A DNA stretch of 64,000 nucleotides, from NCBI GenBank assembly GCA_016186825.1, contig JACPKW010000004.1, forward strand, positions 428 to 64,427, in the 5' to 3' direction. A program made the translations under genes and the position numbers. The stretch is from Candidatus Giovannonibacteria bacterium. Its GTDB lineage: Bacteria > Patescibacteriota > Minisyncoccia > JACPKW01 > UBA11713. Positions 46,891 through 58,749 of the stretch are shown here, piece by piece. Below the pieces are notes generated by a model. That model worked only from the letters and a program-made list of their open reading frames with translations, ran no database searches and had not been told where the DNA came from. Position 1 is the first letter of the stretch. The number at the start of each line of letters is the position of its first letter.

Positions 46891-47394
46891 ATGAAAATTT
46901 TTAAGAAATCTCGCGGTTTCACCTTGATTGAGCTCTTGGTAGTCATCGCGATCATCGGTATCTTGGCCGCAGTCGTCTTGGCGAACCTCTCGACTGCAAG
47001 AGCAAAAGGCCGCGATGCTAAAAGAGTATCGGATTTGCAAAACATGTCGAAGGCGATTGCTATTGGAGATGCTGATAACCCGATTCCCTCATTGTTAGTT
47101 GCTCTTGGGGGTGCAAATTGTGCGGCTGCAGCTAACTCCAAAGCAAATACCTGCACATATCCAGTCGACTTATCTGCCTTTGGCGATCCTTCTGTAGGAA
47201 CCGCCGGAGCCGCTTGCACAGTAGCTTCAGCGTCTTCATGCCAGTACTCAATTTCCGATGCAGCAGGAGGAACAGACGCAACAACACAAGACTATAGAAT
47301 TTGTACTCGTTTGGAAACTGTAACTAACTTTGGAGCAGCGGGTCTGTATAAAATTACGAGTACAAATGCTAGTATATCCGCAGGTTGCCCATAA
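46891..47394 (+). CDS. pilA: Type IV pilin (major pilin candidate)
   Basis: Short leader MKIFKKSRG|FTLIELLVVIAIIGILAAVVLANL with Glu5. A strong AT-rich promoter-like region with TATAAT elements lies at 46750-46890. C-terminal Cys pairs are present. Confidence 0.8.
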   Translation: MKIFKKSRGFTLIELLVVIAIIGILAAVVLANLSTARAKGRDAKRVSDLQNMSKAIAIGDADNPIPSLLVALGGANCAAAANSKANTCTYPVDLSAFGDPSVGTAGAACTVASASSCQYSISDAAGGTDATTQDYRICTRLETVTNFGAAGLYKITSTNASISAGCP

Positions 47395-47417
47395 TTCTTG
47401 ATAGGACGTTGTTCCCG

Positions 47418-47945
47418 ATGCATTTTGTTGTTAAACAGGTTTCTAGTGGCTTTTCCCGCTCTTCAAAAAAGAGCGGGTTTGGCTTTGAAAAAAAAGGTTT
47501 TACCTTGATTGAGCTTCTGGTGGTAATCGCCATCATAGGCATTCTCGCTTCCGTCGTCCTTGCTAACTATAACGAAGGGCGTAAGTCCGCCCGCGATGCG
47601 CGCCGCGTATCCGATCTAAGGCAGGTCCAGCTGGCGCTTGAGAATTATTTTCTGAACATGAGGAATTATCCGGCGGGAAATACATGGTCAAGTTTAACGA
47701 GCCCTCTCTCTACATATCTGCCTGTAGTTCCGGTTGATCCTTTAAACAGCGGATCTAACGTTTATAACTATAAGTCTCTCACGGCGGCGGGTGCGGATTG
47801 CTCTTCTGCATGCACTTCTTATGTCTTGAGAGCGGTAACGGAAAGAGATGCGGCCAATAACCCTGTTTTTTCTAATGACGTTGATGGCTCCTGGGGCGGG
47901 TATGATTGCGAAGATAATATAAAGGCCTATTGTCTAAGGCCGTAG
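47418..47945 (+). CDS. Second type IV pilin with an unusually long leader
   Basis: KKGFTLIELLVVIAIIGILASVVLANY. The start is uncertain: the ORF track begins at 47385, and 47418 (MHFVV) gives a ~30-aa leader. C-terminal Cys pairs are present. Confidence 0.65.
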   Translation: MHFVVKQVSSGFSRSSKKSGFGFEKKGFTLIELLVVIAIIGILASVVLANYNEGRKSARDARRVSDLRQVQLALENYFLNMRNYPAGNTWSSLTSPLSTYLPVVPVDPLNSGSNVYNYKSLTAAGADCSSACTSYVLRAVTERDAANNPVFSNDVDGSWGGYDCEDNIKAYCLRP

Positions 47946-47961
47946 TTGAAATATATTAAAA

Positions 47962-47996
47962 GAAAAAACCCCGCGGCCGCGGAGGTTTTTTCTTTT
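47962..47996 (+). terminator. Rho-independent terminator after the pilin pair
   Basis: AAAAAACCCCGCGGCCGCGGAGGTTTTTTCTTTT: a GC hairpin followed by a T run. Confidence 0.7.
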
Positions 47997-48028
47997 AATC
48001 AAAATTAAGACCAGAGTATAATTAAAGC

Positions 48029-48808
48029 ATGGAATTTTTGACAGGATTCGCAGTTTTTTTGTTCGGGCTCGCAGTGGGGTCATTCGCAAATGTTGTAATT
48101 CTTCGCTACGGAACGGGGGAGCGCATTGTAAATTCGCGTTCGCATTGTTTTCATTGCGGATGCCAACTCGAGTGGCCTGATCTGATGCCGGTTTTGAGTT
48201 TTTTTGTCCTTAAGGGAAAATGCAGGCACTGCCACTCAAAAATCTCCATTCAGTATCCTCTAGTCGAACTGGTTTTTGGAGCATTATTTCTCTTAACTTT
48301 TCTGAAATGGTCGCGCGATTTTGGATCCTATGAGCATTTGCCGGTTCTTTTTCTCTGGCTTTTTTCAATTTTTCTGCTCGTTATTTTAAGCGCATATGAT
48401 TTTAGGCATAAAATTCTGCCGGATCTTTTTTCGTTTCTTTTTATTTTTTCGGGCTTGGCTTTAAGCGTATTTTTTTTCTGGAACGGTGTAGAAAATTTCG
48501 TTCTCGCCTTGGCTCCCGCTTTCCTTATTTTCTTTCTTTGGCTTTTTTCTCGAGGGCGCGCGATGGGATTCGGCGATGCAAAGCTTATGCTAGGCGGAGG
48601 CTTGTTTTTAGGCTGGCCTTCGGCCCTGTTCGCGCTGGTATTTTCATTTTGGGCGGGCGCATTTTATGGAATTACCCTTCTTTTAATTGACCGGAGAATT
48701 TCTTTAAAAAGCGAGATCCCTTTCGGCCCCTTTTTGGTTTTAGGGATATTGATCGTCTTCTTTTTCGCGAAATCTTTTGAACAATTTTTTCAGATTCTCA
48801 ACTTTTAA
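48029..48808 (+). CDS. pilD: Prepilin peptidase (A24 family) PilD
   Basis: Tetracysteine CFHCGC...CRHC, the catalytic Asp region GFGDAKLM, and polytopic TM helices. Confidence 0.88.
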   Translation: MEFLTGFAVFLFGLAVGSFANVVILRYGTGERIVNSRSHCFHCGCQLEWPDLMPVLSFFVLKGKCRHCHSKISIQYPLVELVFGALFLLTFLKWSRDFGSYEHLPVLFLWLFSIFLLVILSAYDFRHKILPDLFSFLFIFSGLALSVFFFWNGVENFVLALAPAFLIFFLWLFSRGRAMGFGDAKLMLGGGLFLGWPSALFALVFSFWAGAFYGITLLLIDRRISLKSEIPFGPFLVLGILIVFFFAKSFEQFFQILNF

Positions 48809-48826
48809 ACGTGTTATAATTAGCTT

Positions 48827-49414
48827 ATGCAAAAAAGCCCTTTCAATTCAGCGCGGGGGTTCACGTTGCTCGAACTTTTAATAACCACTTTTATTTTCAT
48901 AATTGTAACCTCCGCAGTGCTCGCAAATTATCCTCTTTTTGCATCTAAGGTCCGTCTTGAACGGGATGCCCAGGAAATTGCGCTTTCATTAAGAAAGGCG
49001 CAGTCCTATGCGTTGGCCGTAAAGGAGTCATCGGCCGGATCGGGCGTTTTTCCTGGGTACGGCGTTCATTTTTCGAAAACCAGCGCGGATTCATTAATAA
49101 TTTATGCCGACATTCCTACTGGTCCTCCTCTTCCGGAGGGTAATAAACTTTATGACGGTGATGTGGAAGAAGTCGAAACTTTCTATATTGAATCGGCGCG
49201 AATTGAGGATATCTGCGAGGGAGTAAAGTCGTCCGCGCCCGGAAATTGCGGCATTGAAACTGTGGATATCACCTATCTTCGCCCGGATCCGATCATTGAT
49301 TTAAGAAATGGATCTACAGCATACAATTCCGACGTAGAAATTAAAATCATTTCTCCCACCGGCGACAGGAAAACGATCGTCATTTGGAAAACCGGGCAAA
49401 TTTCTGTGGAATAA
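48827..49414 (+). CDS. Minor pilin / pseudopilin (prepilin-type N-terminal domain)
   Basis: RGFTLLELLITTFIFIIVTSAVLA. Confidence 0.7.
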   Translation: MQKSPFNSARGFTLLELLITTFIFIIVTSAVLANYPLFASKVRLERDAQEIALSLRKAQSYALAVKESSAGSGVFPGYGVHFSKTSADSLIIYADIPTGPPLPEGNKLYDGDVEEVETFYIESARIEDICEGVKSSAPGNCGIETVDITYLRPDPIIDLRNGSTAYNSDVEIKIISPTGDRKTIVIWKTGQISVE

Positions 49415-49418
49415 TGAG

Positions 49419-49985
49419 ATGAAAAAATTTTTTAAAAAATTCAAAACTGGTGAAGGGTTTTCCATACTTGAGACCCTGATTGCAATCACAATCTTAATTG
49501 CGGCCCTGACCGGCCCTCTAGCGCTCGCATCGCAGAGCATCCGCTCGGCTTACCGGGCAAGAAACGAAACTATCGCTACTTATCTTACCGCAGAAGCATT
49601 TGAATTCATCAGAAATAAAAGAGACACAAATACATTCCAAGGCGTGGATTGGATGACAGGAATTTCAAATTTATGCGCGCCGCCGGACGGATGTTATGTA
49701 GATTCTTATGGAAACGAAGGAAGTTCATACCAGGGCATTATCACGTCTTGCACTTCGGGGAACTGTCCTGAAATAAAATGGGATGCTTCATCCGGCCTCT
49801 ATGGTTATTCAAGCGGCGAAAATAGCGGGTTTAAAAGAAAAGTGGTTGTAACGAATATAGCTGATCATACGAGCCCGCCTGACGGATTATTTGATGAAGT
49901 CAAAGTCGAGGTAACCATTTCGTGGACGGAGTTTTTGCAAACCCCATCATTTACCGTTCAGACTAATCTATTCAAATGGCATTGA
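49419..49985 (+). CDS. Minor pilin / pseudopilin
   Basis: GEGFSILETLIAITILIAALTG. Confidence 0.7.
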   Translation: MKKFFKKFKTGEGFSILETLIAITILIAALTGPLALASQSIRSAYRARNETIATYLTAEAFEFIRNKRDTNTFQGVDWMTGISNLCAPPDGCYVDSYGNEGSSYQGIITSCTSGNCPEIKWDASSGLYGYSSGENSGFKRKVVVTNIADHTSPPDGLFDEVKVEVTISWTEFLQTPSFTVQTNLFKWH

Positions 49986-50590
49986 TGAATTTTTTAAAAA
50001 TCAATATGAAGAAAGGGTTTACTCTTTTCGAAATGATTGTTGCTGTCGGGATTTTCGCGCTTGTAATGGTTATTGCCTTGGGAACTATTTTTTCAATTCT
50101 CGATGCCCAAAGAAAAGCTATCGCGCTTCAGACCGCATACGACAATCTCCGTTTCGCGATGGAATCAATGTCAAAAGAAATTCGCACAGGGACGGGATTT
50201 CACTGCGGCATCGATCTTTCCGATATTTCTGATACCCCCGAAAATTGTCCGCCTGGGGGAGACGGAACGCCGATCGGAGTCTCATTTACATTTACCAATG
50301 CTAGAGATGTGATCGTAACTTATCAGATTTGGCAGGGGCAAATTATCCGTATCCAAGGTTTATCCGCAGCCTGCAAGAGCGATAATACATGCCCCAAAAT
50401 AACTTCTACTGACGTTGACATGACAAGTCCGAACGGCCGGCTGAACTTTTTTGTAACTGGGGCGGGCGAGGACTCAAAACAGCCGCAAGTTATTATCTTA
50501 CTGGAGGGAACCGTGGTTGGAGCAAAAAGCAAAGCAACTTCGAAACTTGAGCTTCAAACGACAATCTCACAGCGGCAAATTGATTCATAG
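49976..50590 (+). CDS. Minor pilin / pseudopilin
   Basis: KKGFTLFEMIVAVGIFALVMVIALG. Overlaps the upstream gene by 10 bp. Confidence 0.7.
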   Translation: MALMNFLKINMKKGFTLFEMIVAVGIFALVMVIALGTIFSILDAQRKAIALQTAYDNLRFAMESMSKEIRTGTGFHCGIDLSDISDTPENCPPGGDGTPIGVSFTFTNARDVIVTYQIWQGQIIRIQGLSAACKSDNTCPKITSTDVDMTSPNGRLNFFVTGAGEDSKQPQVIILLEGTVVGAKSKATSKLELQTTISQRQIDS

Positions 50591-50592
50591 AG

Positions 50593-51105
50593 ATGATTAA
50601 AGCGATGAAAATGATAAAAATTATGAAAAAGAAAAGCAATTTAACCGAGCGAAGCGGTTTGTCAACTTCATCGCTCGAGCAGGGTTTCACTCTTCTTTTC
50701 AGCCTCCTGATTGTTTCGGTGGCGCTCTCCGTTGGGATGGGAATTTTTAACTTAATTTATGGCCAGATCATTTTGTCTGGAACGGGACGCCAATCGCAAT
50801 TTGCTTTTTATGTTGCCGACGCGGGAGTGGAGTGCGCATTCTATTGGGATTTGCAGAGGAGAGCATTTCTTCAGTCTGAATATGATGTCGATGATAAGAT
50901 CCAATGCGGAGGGCAAAATGTTGATTTGTTTAATCCTCAAGGAAATCGATTTGCGTTTAATTTAGAGCTCGAAGACAACTCTTGCGCGGAGGTTTCTGTA
51001 GATAAAGTGGGCCAGGACACAGTCATTGTTTCGCAAGGCAAAAGCGCCTCGTGCGGGGAAACCACAAGCCGCACACTTCAGCGGGGGCTCCGCGCTGAAT
51101 ATTAA
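50593..51105 (+). CDS. Minor pilin (PilX-like)
   Basis: EQGFTLLFSLLIVSVALSVGMGIF preceded by a long basic leader. The true start may be an internal Met. Confidence 0.55.
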   Translation: MIKAMKMIKIMKKKSNLTERSGLSTSSLEQGFTLLFSLLIVSVALSVGMGIFNLIYGQIILSGTGRQSQFAFYVADAGVECAFYWDLQRRAFLQSEYDVDDKIQCGGQNVDLFNPQGNRFAFNLELEDNSCAEVSVDKVGQDTVIVSQGKSASCGETTSRTLQRGLRAEY

Positions 51106-51161
51106 TTTTTAAAAGCGAGAGGCGATTTCTTTCATGAAATAGGCGGTTTTTCGTGTTATAA

Positions 51162-53210
<2,049 letters not shown>

Positions 53211-53279
53211 ATAAGATTAACTGCTATCCTATATGATATAATCTATTTTAGGGAGTGTTGTCAAAAAGAGTTTTATATT

Positions 53280-53579
53280 ATGATTTCTAAAGAAGAAATA
53301 AAAAAATTGGCCCAGCTTGCGCGGATTCATCTGACGGAATCCGAAGAAAAAAATCTAGCCGAAGATCTCCAGAATGTTTTGGGTTACATTGAAAAGCTTA
53401 AAGAAGTTGATGTTTCGCAAGCGCCCGAAATGACTCACGCAACGGAAGTAAAAAATATATTTAGGGCTGATGAGCCGCCGAAAGAAGTAAATGAAGCCGA
53501 TAAAATTTTATTGTCGGGTCAATTTCCCGAAAGCGAGCGCGGTTATTTAAAAGTTAAAGGTGTTTTCAACTCGGAATAA
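53280..53579 (+). CDS. gatC: Glu/Asp-tRNA amidotransferase subunit C
   Basis: 99 aa, MISKEEIKKLAQLARIHLTESE. Confidence 0.85.
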   Translation: MISKEEIKKLAQLARIHLTESEEKNLAEDLQNVLGYIEKLKEVDVSQAPEMTHATEVKNIFRADEPPKEVNEADKILLSGQFPESERGYLKVKGVFNSE

Positions 53580-53588
53580 TTTTAGATT

Positions 53589-55034
53589 TTGATGAACAAT
53601 ATTCAAAATCTAACAATTGAAAAAATTAAAGATGGTTTACAATCCGGGGAATTATCTCTGCGCGAGCTGGTTTCTAATTATCTTGAAGAAATAAAAAGAA
53701 AAGATCCGGATTTAAACGCCTATCGGGAAGTATTTGAGGATGCTTTCAAGCATGCCGAAGAAATTGATGAAAAAATAAAACGCGGTGATTCTCCGCGCGC
53801 GCTTGAGGGTGTTCCGTTTGCGATTAAAGACAACATCATGATCAGAGGAAAGGCGGCGGGAGCGTCCTCAAAAATTTTGGAGGGCTACACTGCTTCTTAT
53901 GATTCGACTGCTATAGCGCGATTAAGAAATGAAGGAGCAATTTTTCTTGGACGAACTAATTGTGATGAATTTGCGATGGGTTCATCAACAGAAAATTCAG
54001 CTTACGGCCCAACACGAAACCCGCGCGATCGCGAAAGAGTTCCGGGCGGATCATCCGGTGGATCGGCGGTGGCTGTCGCGGCGGAAATGGCGCATGCCGC
54101 GCTGGGTTCTGATACCGGGGGATCTATAAGACAGCCAGCGGCTTTTTGCGGGGTTGTGGGTTTGAAACCGACTTATGGAGCAGTTTCGCGCTCGGGTTTA
54201 ATCGCGATGGCTTCAAGTCTCGATCAAATCGGGCCAATTACAAAAAATATTGAAGATACAAAAACTATTTTTGACGTCATAAAAGGAAAAAGCGAAAAAG
54301 ATTTAACAAGTTCTGAAGCGAAAAACAACTCCCATCAAGTAAAAAAAATCGGAGTTCCGAAAGAATTTTTCTCTTTGAAGGACGGCGGAAAAGAAGGACT
54401 AAATGAAAGTATAGCGAAAAATATTTTAAAAGCAGTCGAACTTTTGAAAGAAAAAGGATTTGAGATTAAAGAAGTGTCTCTTCCGACAAGTGGATATGCG
54501 CTTGCGGCCTATTATATAATCATGCCGGCGGAAGTTTCTTCTAATCTTTCGCGATTTGACGGAATGCGCTACGGCCTTCGGGAAGACGGAAAAAATTTAC
54601 TCGATGTTTACTCAAAAACGAGAGCAAATGGTTTCGGCCCAGAAGCGAGGAGAAGAATTATTTTGGGGACTTACGTACTTTCGGCTGGATATTACGATGC
54701 GTATTATGCCCGCGCGCAGAAGGTGCGCTATCTGATCCGAAAAGATTTTGAAAATGTTTTTAAGGAGGTTGATATTTTGCTCACGCCGACAACGCCGACA
54801 CCTGCTTTCAAAATAGGGGAGAAAACATCAGATCCGCTTTCCATGTATCTCGAGGATATTTTCACTGTCCCTGTGAACTTGGCGGGTGTGCCCGCTATCT
54901 CTGTCCCGTTCGGCGCTGCGCCGAAGGAAGGAAAAGATTTGCCCATCGGCGTACAATTGATCGCACCCTGGTTTGACGAAGAAAGATTATTTTCAATAGG
55001 AAGAATTTTGGAAATTGAGAACGCCTGCAAGTAA
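53589..55034 (+). CDS. gatA: Glu/Asp-tRNA amidotransferase subunit A (amidase signature)
   Basis: Amidase signature [13 protein letters not shown] plus the Ser-cisSer-Lys triad region. No gatB is present in the window. Confidence 0.92.
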   Translation: MMNNIQNLTIEKIKDGLQSGELSLRELVSNYLEEIKRKDPDLNAYREVFEDAFKHAEEIDEKIKRGDSPRALEGVPFAIKDNIMIRGKAAGASSKILEGYTASYDSTAIARLRNEGAIFLGRTNCDEFAMGSSTENSAYGPTRNPRDRERVPGGSSGGSAVAVAAEMAHAALGSDTGGSIRQPAAFCGVVGLKPTYGAVSRSGLIAMASSLDQIGPITKNIEDTKTIFDVIKGKSEKDLTSSEAKNNSHQVKKIGVPKEFFSLKDGGKEGLNESIAKNILKAVELLKEKGFEIKEVSLPTSGYALAAYYIIMPAEVSSNLSRFDGMRYGLREDGKNLLDVYSKTRANGFGPEARRRIILGTYVLSAGYYDAYYARAQKVRYLIRKDFENVFKEVDILLTPTTPTPAFKIGEKTSDPLSMYLEDIFTVPVNLAGVPAISVPFGAAPKEGKDLPIGVQLIAPWFDEERLFSIGRILEIENACK

Positions 55035-55129
55035 TATAGAAAAGCATTCCTGAATAGTTTTCAAAAACCGCGTTTGGTTTTTTTATTTTTTGTCGTGTGT
55101 TAGATTACTTCTGAAAGGGGGAATTGCAC

Positions 55130-56149
55130 ATGAAAATTATGCCTGCAGAGTGGGGAAAGCATGAGGCGAGTTGGGTAGCGTGGCCAAAAAATCAGAGCCA
55201 TTGGCCGAACTTGGATTTAAAGCTGCTCTGGCCGACTTACGCAGAAATTGTAAAAGCGCTTTCGAAAAACGAGTGGGTTTATATCCTCGTGGATGATCCT
55301 GTCATACATGAGCAAGTTTATGGTTTTCTTTGGGAACAGAGAGTTGGTCTTGAGAATGTGACTGTCTTGCAATTCCCGACGGATTCATCATGGATCCGAG
55401 ATTTCGGCCCGATTTTCATTTACGCTAAGGGCGCCCGGGATCCCGTCTGGGTTACTGATTGGGGTTTCAACGGCTGGGGTAAAGAATATCCGCCTTGGGA
55501 CCAAGATAATGCTGTTCCTGAAAAGATTTCGGATTACCTTAAGTTGCCTTGCATCAATCTAAATAACTTTATACTTGAAGGAGGAGCGATTGATGTTAAC
55601 GGACAAGGCGACTGTCTTATCTCTGAAGAGTTTCTTCTTGATAAAAGGCGGAACGATTCTCCCAAGTATCTCGAATATGATATGCGCGAGTATCTCGGGG
55701 TAACTTCGCTGATTAAACTTCCTGGGTGGCAGATAGCGGGGGATCATACGCGGCATATCGACAATATTGCACGGTTTGTGGCGCCGAACAGAATTTTGGT
55801 TTCAGCAGAAGATGATCCTTCAGATGAGAATTATAAATCACTCCAGGAAAATCTTCGCGCGCTTGAGCTTGCGCGTGATGTTTCGGAGAAACCGTTTCAG
55901 ATTATAAAGTTGCCCATGCCTGATCCGGTGCACTGGTTGGACGGTCAAAGGATGCCGGCAAGTTACGCGAACTTTTACATCGCGAACGGAGTTGTTTTGG
56001 CGCCGACTTTCCAGTCTTTGCGCGATGCAAAAGCGCTTCAAGTAATCCAGGAGCAGTTTCCGGAGCGGGAAGTGACCGGCATTGACTGCCGACTTTTGTC
56101 AGGCGGCGCAGGCACGATCCACTGTTCTACAATGCAGCAGCCTGCCTAG
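55130..56149 (+). CDS. aguA: Agmatine deiminase (guanidino-group modifying enzyme fold)
   Basis: MPAEWGKHEASWVAWP N-terminus and a C-terminal catalytic Cys in GAGTIHCSTMQQP. Confidence 0.78.
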   Translation: MKIMPAEWGKHEASWVAWPKNQSHWPNLDLKLLWPTYAEIVKALSKNEWVYILVDDPVIHEQVYGFLWEQRVGLENVTVLQFPTDSSWIRDFGPIFIYAKGARDPVWVTDWGFNGWGKEYPPWDQDNAVPEKISDYLKLPCINLNNFILEGGAIDVNGQGDCLISEEFLLDKRRNDSPKYLEYDMREYLGVTSLIKLPGWQIAGDHTRHIDNIARFVAPNRILVSAEDDPSDENYKSLQENLRALELARDVSEKPFQIIKLPMPDPVHWLDGQRMPASYANFYIANGVVLAPTFQSLRDAKALQVIQEQFPEREVTGIDCRLLSGGAGTIHCSTMQQPA

Positions 56150-56172
56150 ATAGGGGGGCTCGCAATTGCATT

Positions 56173-56207
56173 AAAAAAGTGCAGCACTGGAGTGTTGCAC
56201 TTTTTTC
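56173..56207. terminator. Bidirectional Rho-independent terminator
   Basis: AAAAAA-GTGCAGCAC-tgga-GTGTTGCAC-TTTTTT. Confidence 0.65.
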
Positions 56208-56226
56208 TATTCTTCTGAATTTTTAT

Positions 56227-56550
56227 TCAAGCTGTTGCCATCAAGTATTTAGCCAAAAACGGCCAGACCTGTGTGGCATCGGCTTGGATCTCGGCGTATA
56301 TTCCTTTGGGATCGGATTTCCGCCAAGATTCGTTTTCTGAATATGTGCATCCGGAAAGATGCCCGTAATACATCTGATCCGGGCAAATCCTAACGCCGTA
56401 GCTGAACCGTCTCGCCGGGTATAGCTCGTAGCCCATTCGCTCGTTGATTATTTCTATCAGAGGCGCGACGTTTTGCACATTGTTTCGTGGAACACCGCCG
56501 CCGATTGAAAAAATTCCAAAACCGGCTAAAAAAAAGAAATAGAAAAGCAC
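56227..56550 (-). CDS. Small exported hypothetical protein
   Basis: 107 aa with an N-terminal hydrophobic signal LFYFFFLAGFGIFSIGGG and no motif. Confidence 0.4.
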   Translation of the reverse strand: MLFYFFFLAGFGIFSIGGGVPRNNVQNVAPLIEIINERMGYELYPARRFSYGVRICPDQMYYGHLSGCTYSENESWRKSDPKGIYAEIQADATQVWPFLAKYLMATA

Positions 56551-56597
56551 TGGATTTTTCTTGGAGTGTTTTTTAAAGTCTTTTTGCGGAATTTGTC

Positions 56598-57143
56598 TTA
56601 AATCGACTTCGCGGCTAATTTATTTCGTATGAAGTTGAATTCAAGTTTTTGATTCGTAACAATCCAGCGATAGACGAGCGGACTCAAAATAGCTCCAAAA
56701 ATAATATTTCCGAGAATATGGTTCAGAGTGAAAGGAATCTGTCCGATAAGGGCAATCATGAAGGGTTGGCCATTGAAAATCGGTCCGATTGTAAGACCAG
56801 TCGCGGCGTCATAAAGAATTGCTCCCACAATTCCAAACATGACAAAATTTGTTCGTGAAGCGCTGCGGTTTTTAAAAAAGTAATACGAAGCGATTCCGAG
56901 AAAACCGTATACAAAAGCTGTAACCCAGGTCCAGGATCCGATTCCGGAGGTTATGATATCAAAAAGAAAAATTGAAAAAAAAGCGAAAAGAAAACTTTCG
57001 AGTGCCGTGTAGCGTTTTGAAAATGGCATCAGTGTTGCCATGACCGGCTCAACATTCGGTGGGCGAAAGGGGATTAAGCGGAATGCGAAAACCACAATCC
57101 ATCCTACTACATATTTAAACGAGCTTGTTTGGATTCCTTTCAT
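56598..57143 (-). CDS. Polytopic membrane protein (ECF-transporter S-component-like)
   Basis: The ORF track extends to 57572, but the upstream half is non-hydrophobic and low-complexity and a convincing gene with an RBS sits opposite. Trimmed to Met at 57143 (MKGIQTSSFKYVVGW...). 5-6 TM helices and a conserved RLIPFRPPNVEP loop. Confidence 0.5.
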   Translation of the reverse strand: MKGIQTSSFKYVVGWIVVFAFRLIPFRPPNVEPVMATLMPFSKRYTALESFLFAFFSIFLFDIITSGIGSWTWVTAFVYGFLGIASYYFFKNRSASRTNFVMFGIVGAILYDAATGLTIGPIFNGQPFMIALIGQIPFTLNHILGNIIFGAILSPLVYRWIVTNQKLEFNFIRNKLAAKSI

Positions 57144-57257
57144 AATAAAAATGAGGTCGTTTTTTAAATATACATGAGATTTGCATTTTGCCGCAAGCTG
57201 TTTGTGTAATAACGCGAGATAAAGTATATTGGCAAAAAAGCTGAAGGGGGTAAAAAC

Positions 57258-57539
57258 ATGGGCAGGTATTGGTTTGTGGGGAAATCGACGGAAACGGGGA
57301 CTCGGCATGTTTTTGGGCTGACTCTGAAGGAGTTTAGAGAGTTTGGCCTCAAACATAAGCCAAAGGTGGGATCGAAGATTAATCTTGATCCTAAGGATCC
57401 TCCTTTTGAAATCACTTCGTTTCTTGATCATGAAACCGCCAAACAACTCGAAGCTTTCGAAGCGTTCGATGATGAGTTTTGCGACGGAACACTCTATGAT
57501 CTGATCGATCGCTTGTGTCGCAAGGTCCAGGAACGCTAA
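57258..57539 (+). CDS. Small acidic hypothetical protein
   Basis: 93 aa. Strong RBS AAGGGGG 6 nt upstream of the ATG, and a hairpin terminator follows. It lies on the strand opposite its neighbours. Confidence 0.5.
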   Translation: MGRYWFVGKSTETGTRHVFGLTLKEFREFGLKHKPKVGSKINLDPKDPPFEITSFLDHETAKQLEAFEAFDDEFCDGTLYDLIDRLCRKVQER

Positions 57540-57582
57540 TGTTTGTTCCGCTGGTAAGTAGACAACTACCAAATATCAAAAG

Positions 57583-57611
57583 TTGTCCAAGCGCACTCTG
57601 CAAAACAGAGT
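57583..57611 (+). terminator. Rho-independent terminator
   Basis: GCACTCTG-caaaa-CAGAGTGC followed by TTTCATTT. Confidence 0.6.
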
Positions 57612-57623
57612 GCTTTCATTTAT

Positions 57624-57666
57624 ATTAAACAAAAAGCCCGCCTTTCAGCTTTTGCTTACTCGGCGG
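57624..57666 (-). terminator. Rho-independent terminator for the minus-strand TrpF-like gene
   Basis: AAGCCCGCC...GGCGGGCTT hairpin. On the minus strand it is followed by TTTTTG. Confidence 0.6.
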
Positions 57667-57689
57667 GCTTAAATCTTCTTCACATCATG

Positions 57690-58529
57690 TTAGTCCCCTA
57701 TGTCGCACTTCCAATTTTCTCGGCGAAGTTCCTTTCCGATATTTTTTCTTTCCTCCTCCTCTTTTTTCTTTAGTTCAAGAAGGTAGATGGCTCCGCAAAC
57801 ATAATCTTCAGTCAAAGAAACGTCGAGATCATCAGTGTGCTTATCGCGAAGCTCTTTTTGCGCGTCGAAACTTATGTCAGGAAATTTATCTCGAACCCTT
57901 TCCACTAAATATAGCGTTTCAGGTCCAAGTCCTCCGGCCATACCGAAGCCGATTTCGATTCCTTTCTCGCGAAATTCTTGGAAGTATTCCATAGTTCTTT
58001 CCACGTCGAGCGGCTTTCCCGTGCCCGCACTTTCGTCGATTAAAACATCGTCAATTAAATCGGCATAGCGCATAAGATGTTCCGCCACTTTTTCGCTTGC
58101 TCCGCAGTTGATCCCCAGAAGTGCTTCACGACCGACTTGGAGAACTATACGAAATTTGAAATCAGTTATCGCGCGAAATTTCTCTAGTTCTCCAATTTTT
58201 GGCCACGCGATATTCAGTTGAAAGCCGGTCAGATTTTCACCGCCGACATCCACAAGCGTCAATAACTGCTCGCATAGAGAGTCTGGTTTATCTGAGCTGT
58301 AGTGGATCAGATTGACAGAGCAATGGTGATTCTGAAAAATCTCACAAACGCGGCCGACACTAGGGAATTGCCTGGGGTACTTATTAGTCAACCCTTTTAG
58401 AGTTTTCGAGCTGACAAGCACGCCAACCATTAGCTTTCGGATCGACGTTTTGTCGAATTGCCTTTGGATAAGACGCACTTCCTGCGGGGTCATGAATCCC
58501 GTTACTCCGATATACGGCATGAATCTCAT
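57690..58529 (-). CDS. TIM-barrel protein resembling phosphoribosylanthranilate isomerase (TrpF family) with a charged C-terminal extension
   Basis: YIGVTGFMTPQEV matches the TrpF KICGIT..EDA region, ESAGTGKPLDV matches GGSGKTFDW, and MAGGLGPETL matches AGGLNPENV. Start trimmed to the ATG at 58529, which is preceded by GGAGG. Confidence 0.5.
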   Translation of the reverse strand: MRFMPYIGVTGFMTPQEVRLIQRQFDKTSIRKLMVGVLVSSKTLKGLTNKYPRQFPSVGRVCEIFQNHHCSVNLIHYSSDKPDSLCEQLLTLVDVGGENLTGFQLNIAWPKIGELEKFRAITDFKFRIVLQVGREALLGINCGASEKVAEHLMRYADLIDDVLIDESAGTGKPLDVERTMEYFQEFREKGIEIGFGMAGGLGPETLYLVERVRDKFPDISFDAQKELRDKHTDDLDVSLTEDYVCGAIYLLELKKKEEEERKNIGKELRRENWKCDIGD

Positions 58530-58723
58530 ATTTCCTCCTTCCTTTTCTTTGGTTGCATTTCGGGATCGCGGCCAACAAGATGACGCCACTTGGAATTCAG
58601 GTGGCAGGTTAGCATAACGACAAGAGCAACTGTGGAAATGCCCAATGCGGGCAATATAACGACTTTAATGAACTCCATAAACACCTCCTCTTTAACTCGT
58701 ATATTAACGCTAAACTCCAAAAC

Positions 58724-58749
58724 CAAAAAACCGCCTTTTGGCGGTTTTT
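58724..58749. terminator. Bidirectional Rho-independent terminator closing the minus-strand island operon
   Basis: AAAAAACCGCC-tttt-GGCGGTTTTTT. Confidence 0.7.

Noticed and set aside
57144-57572. Upstream half of the minus ORF 56598..57572
   Set aside because: It is non-hydrophobic, low-complexity and lysine/arginine-rich, with no RBS. The opposite strand carries a gene with a strong RBS and terminator (57258..57539). The membrane-protein part begins at an internal Met.
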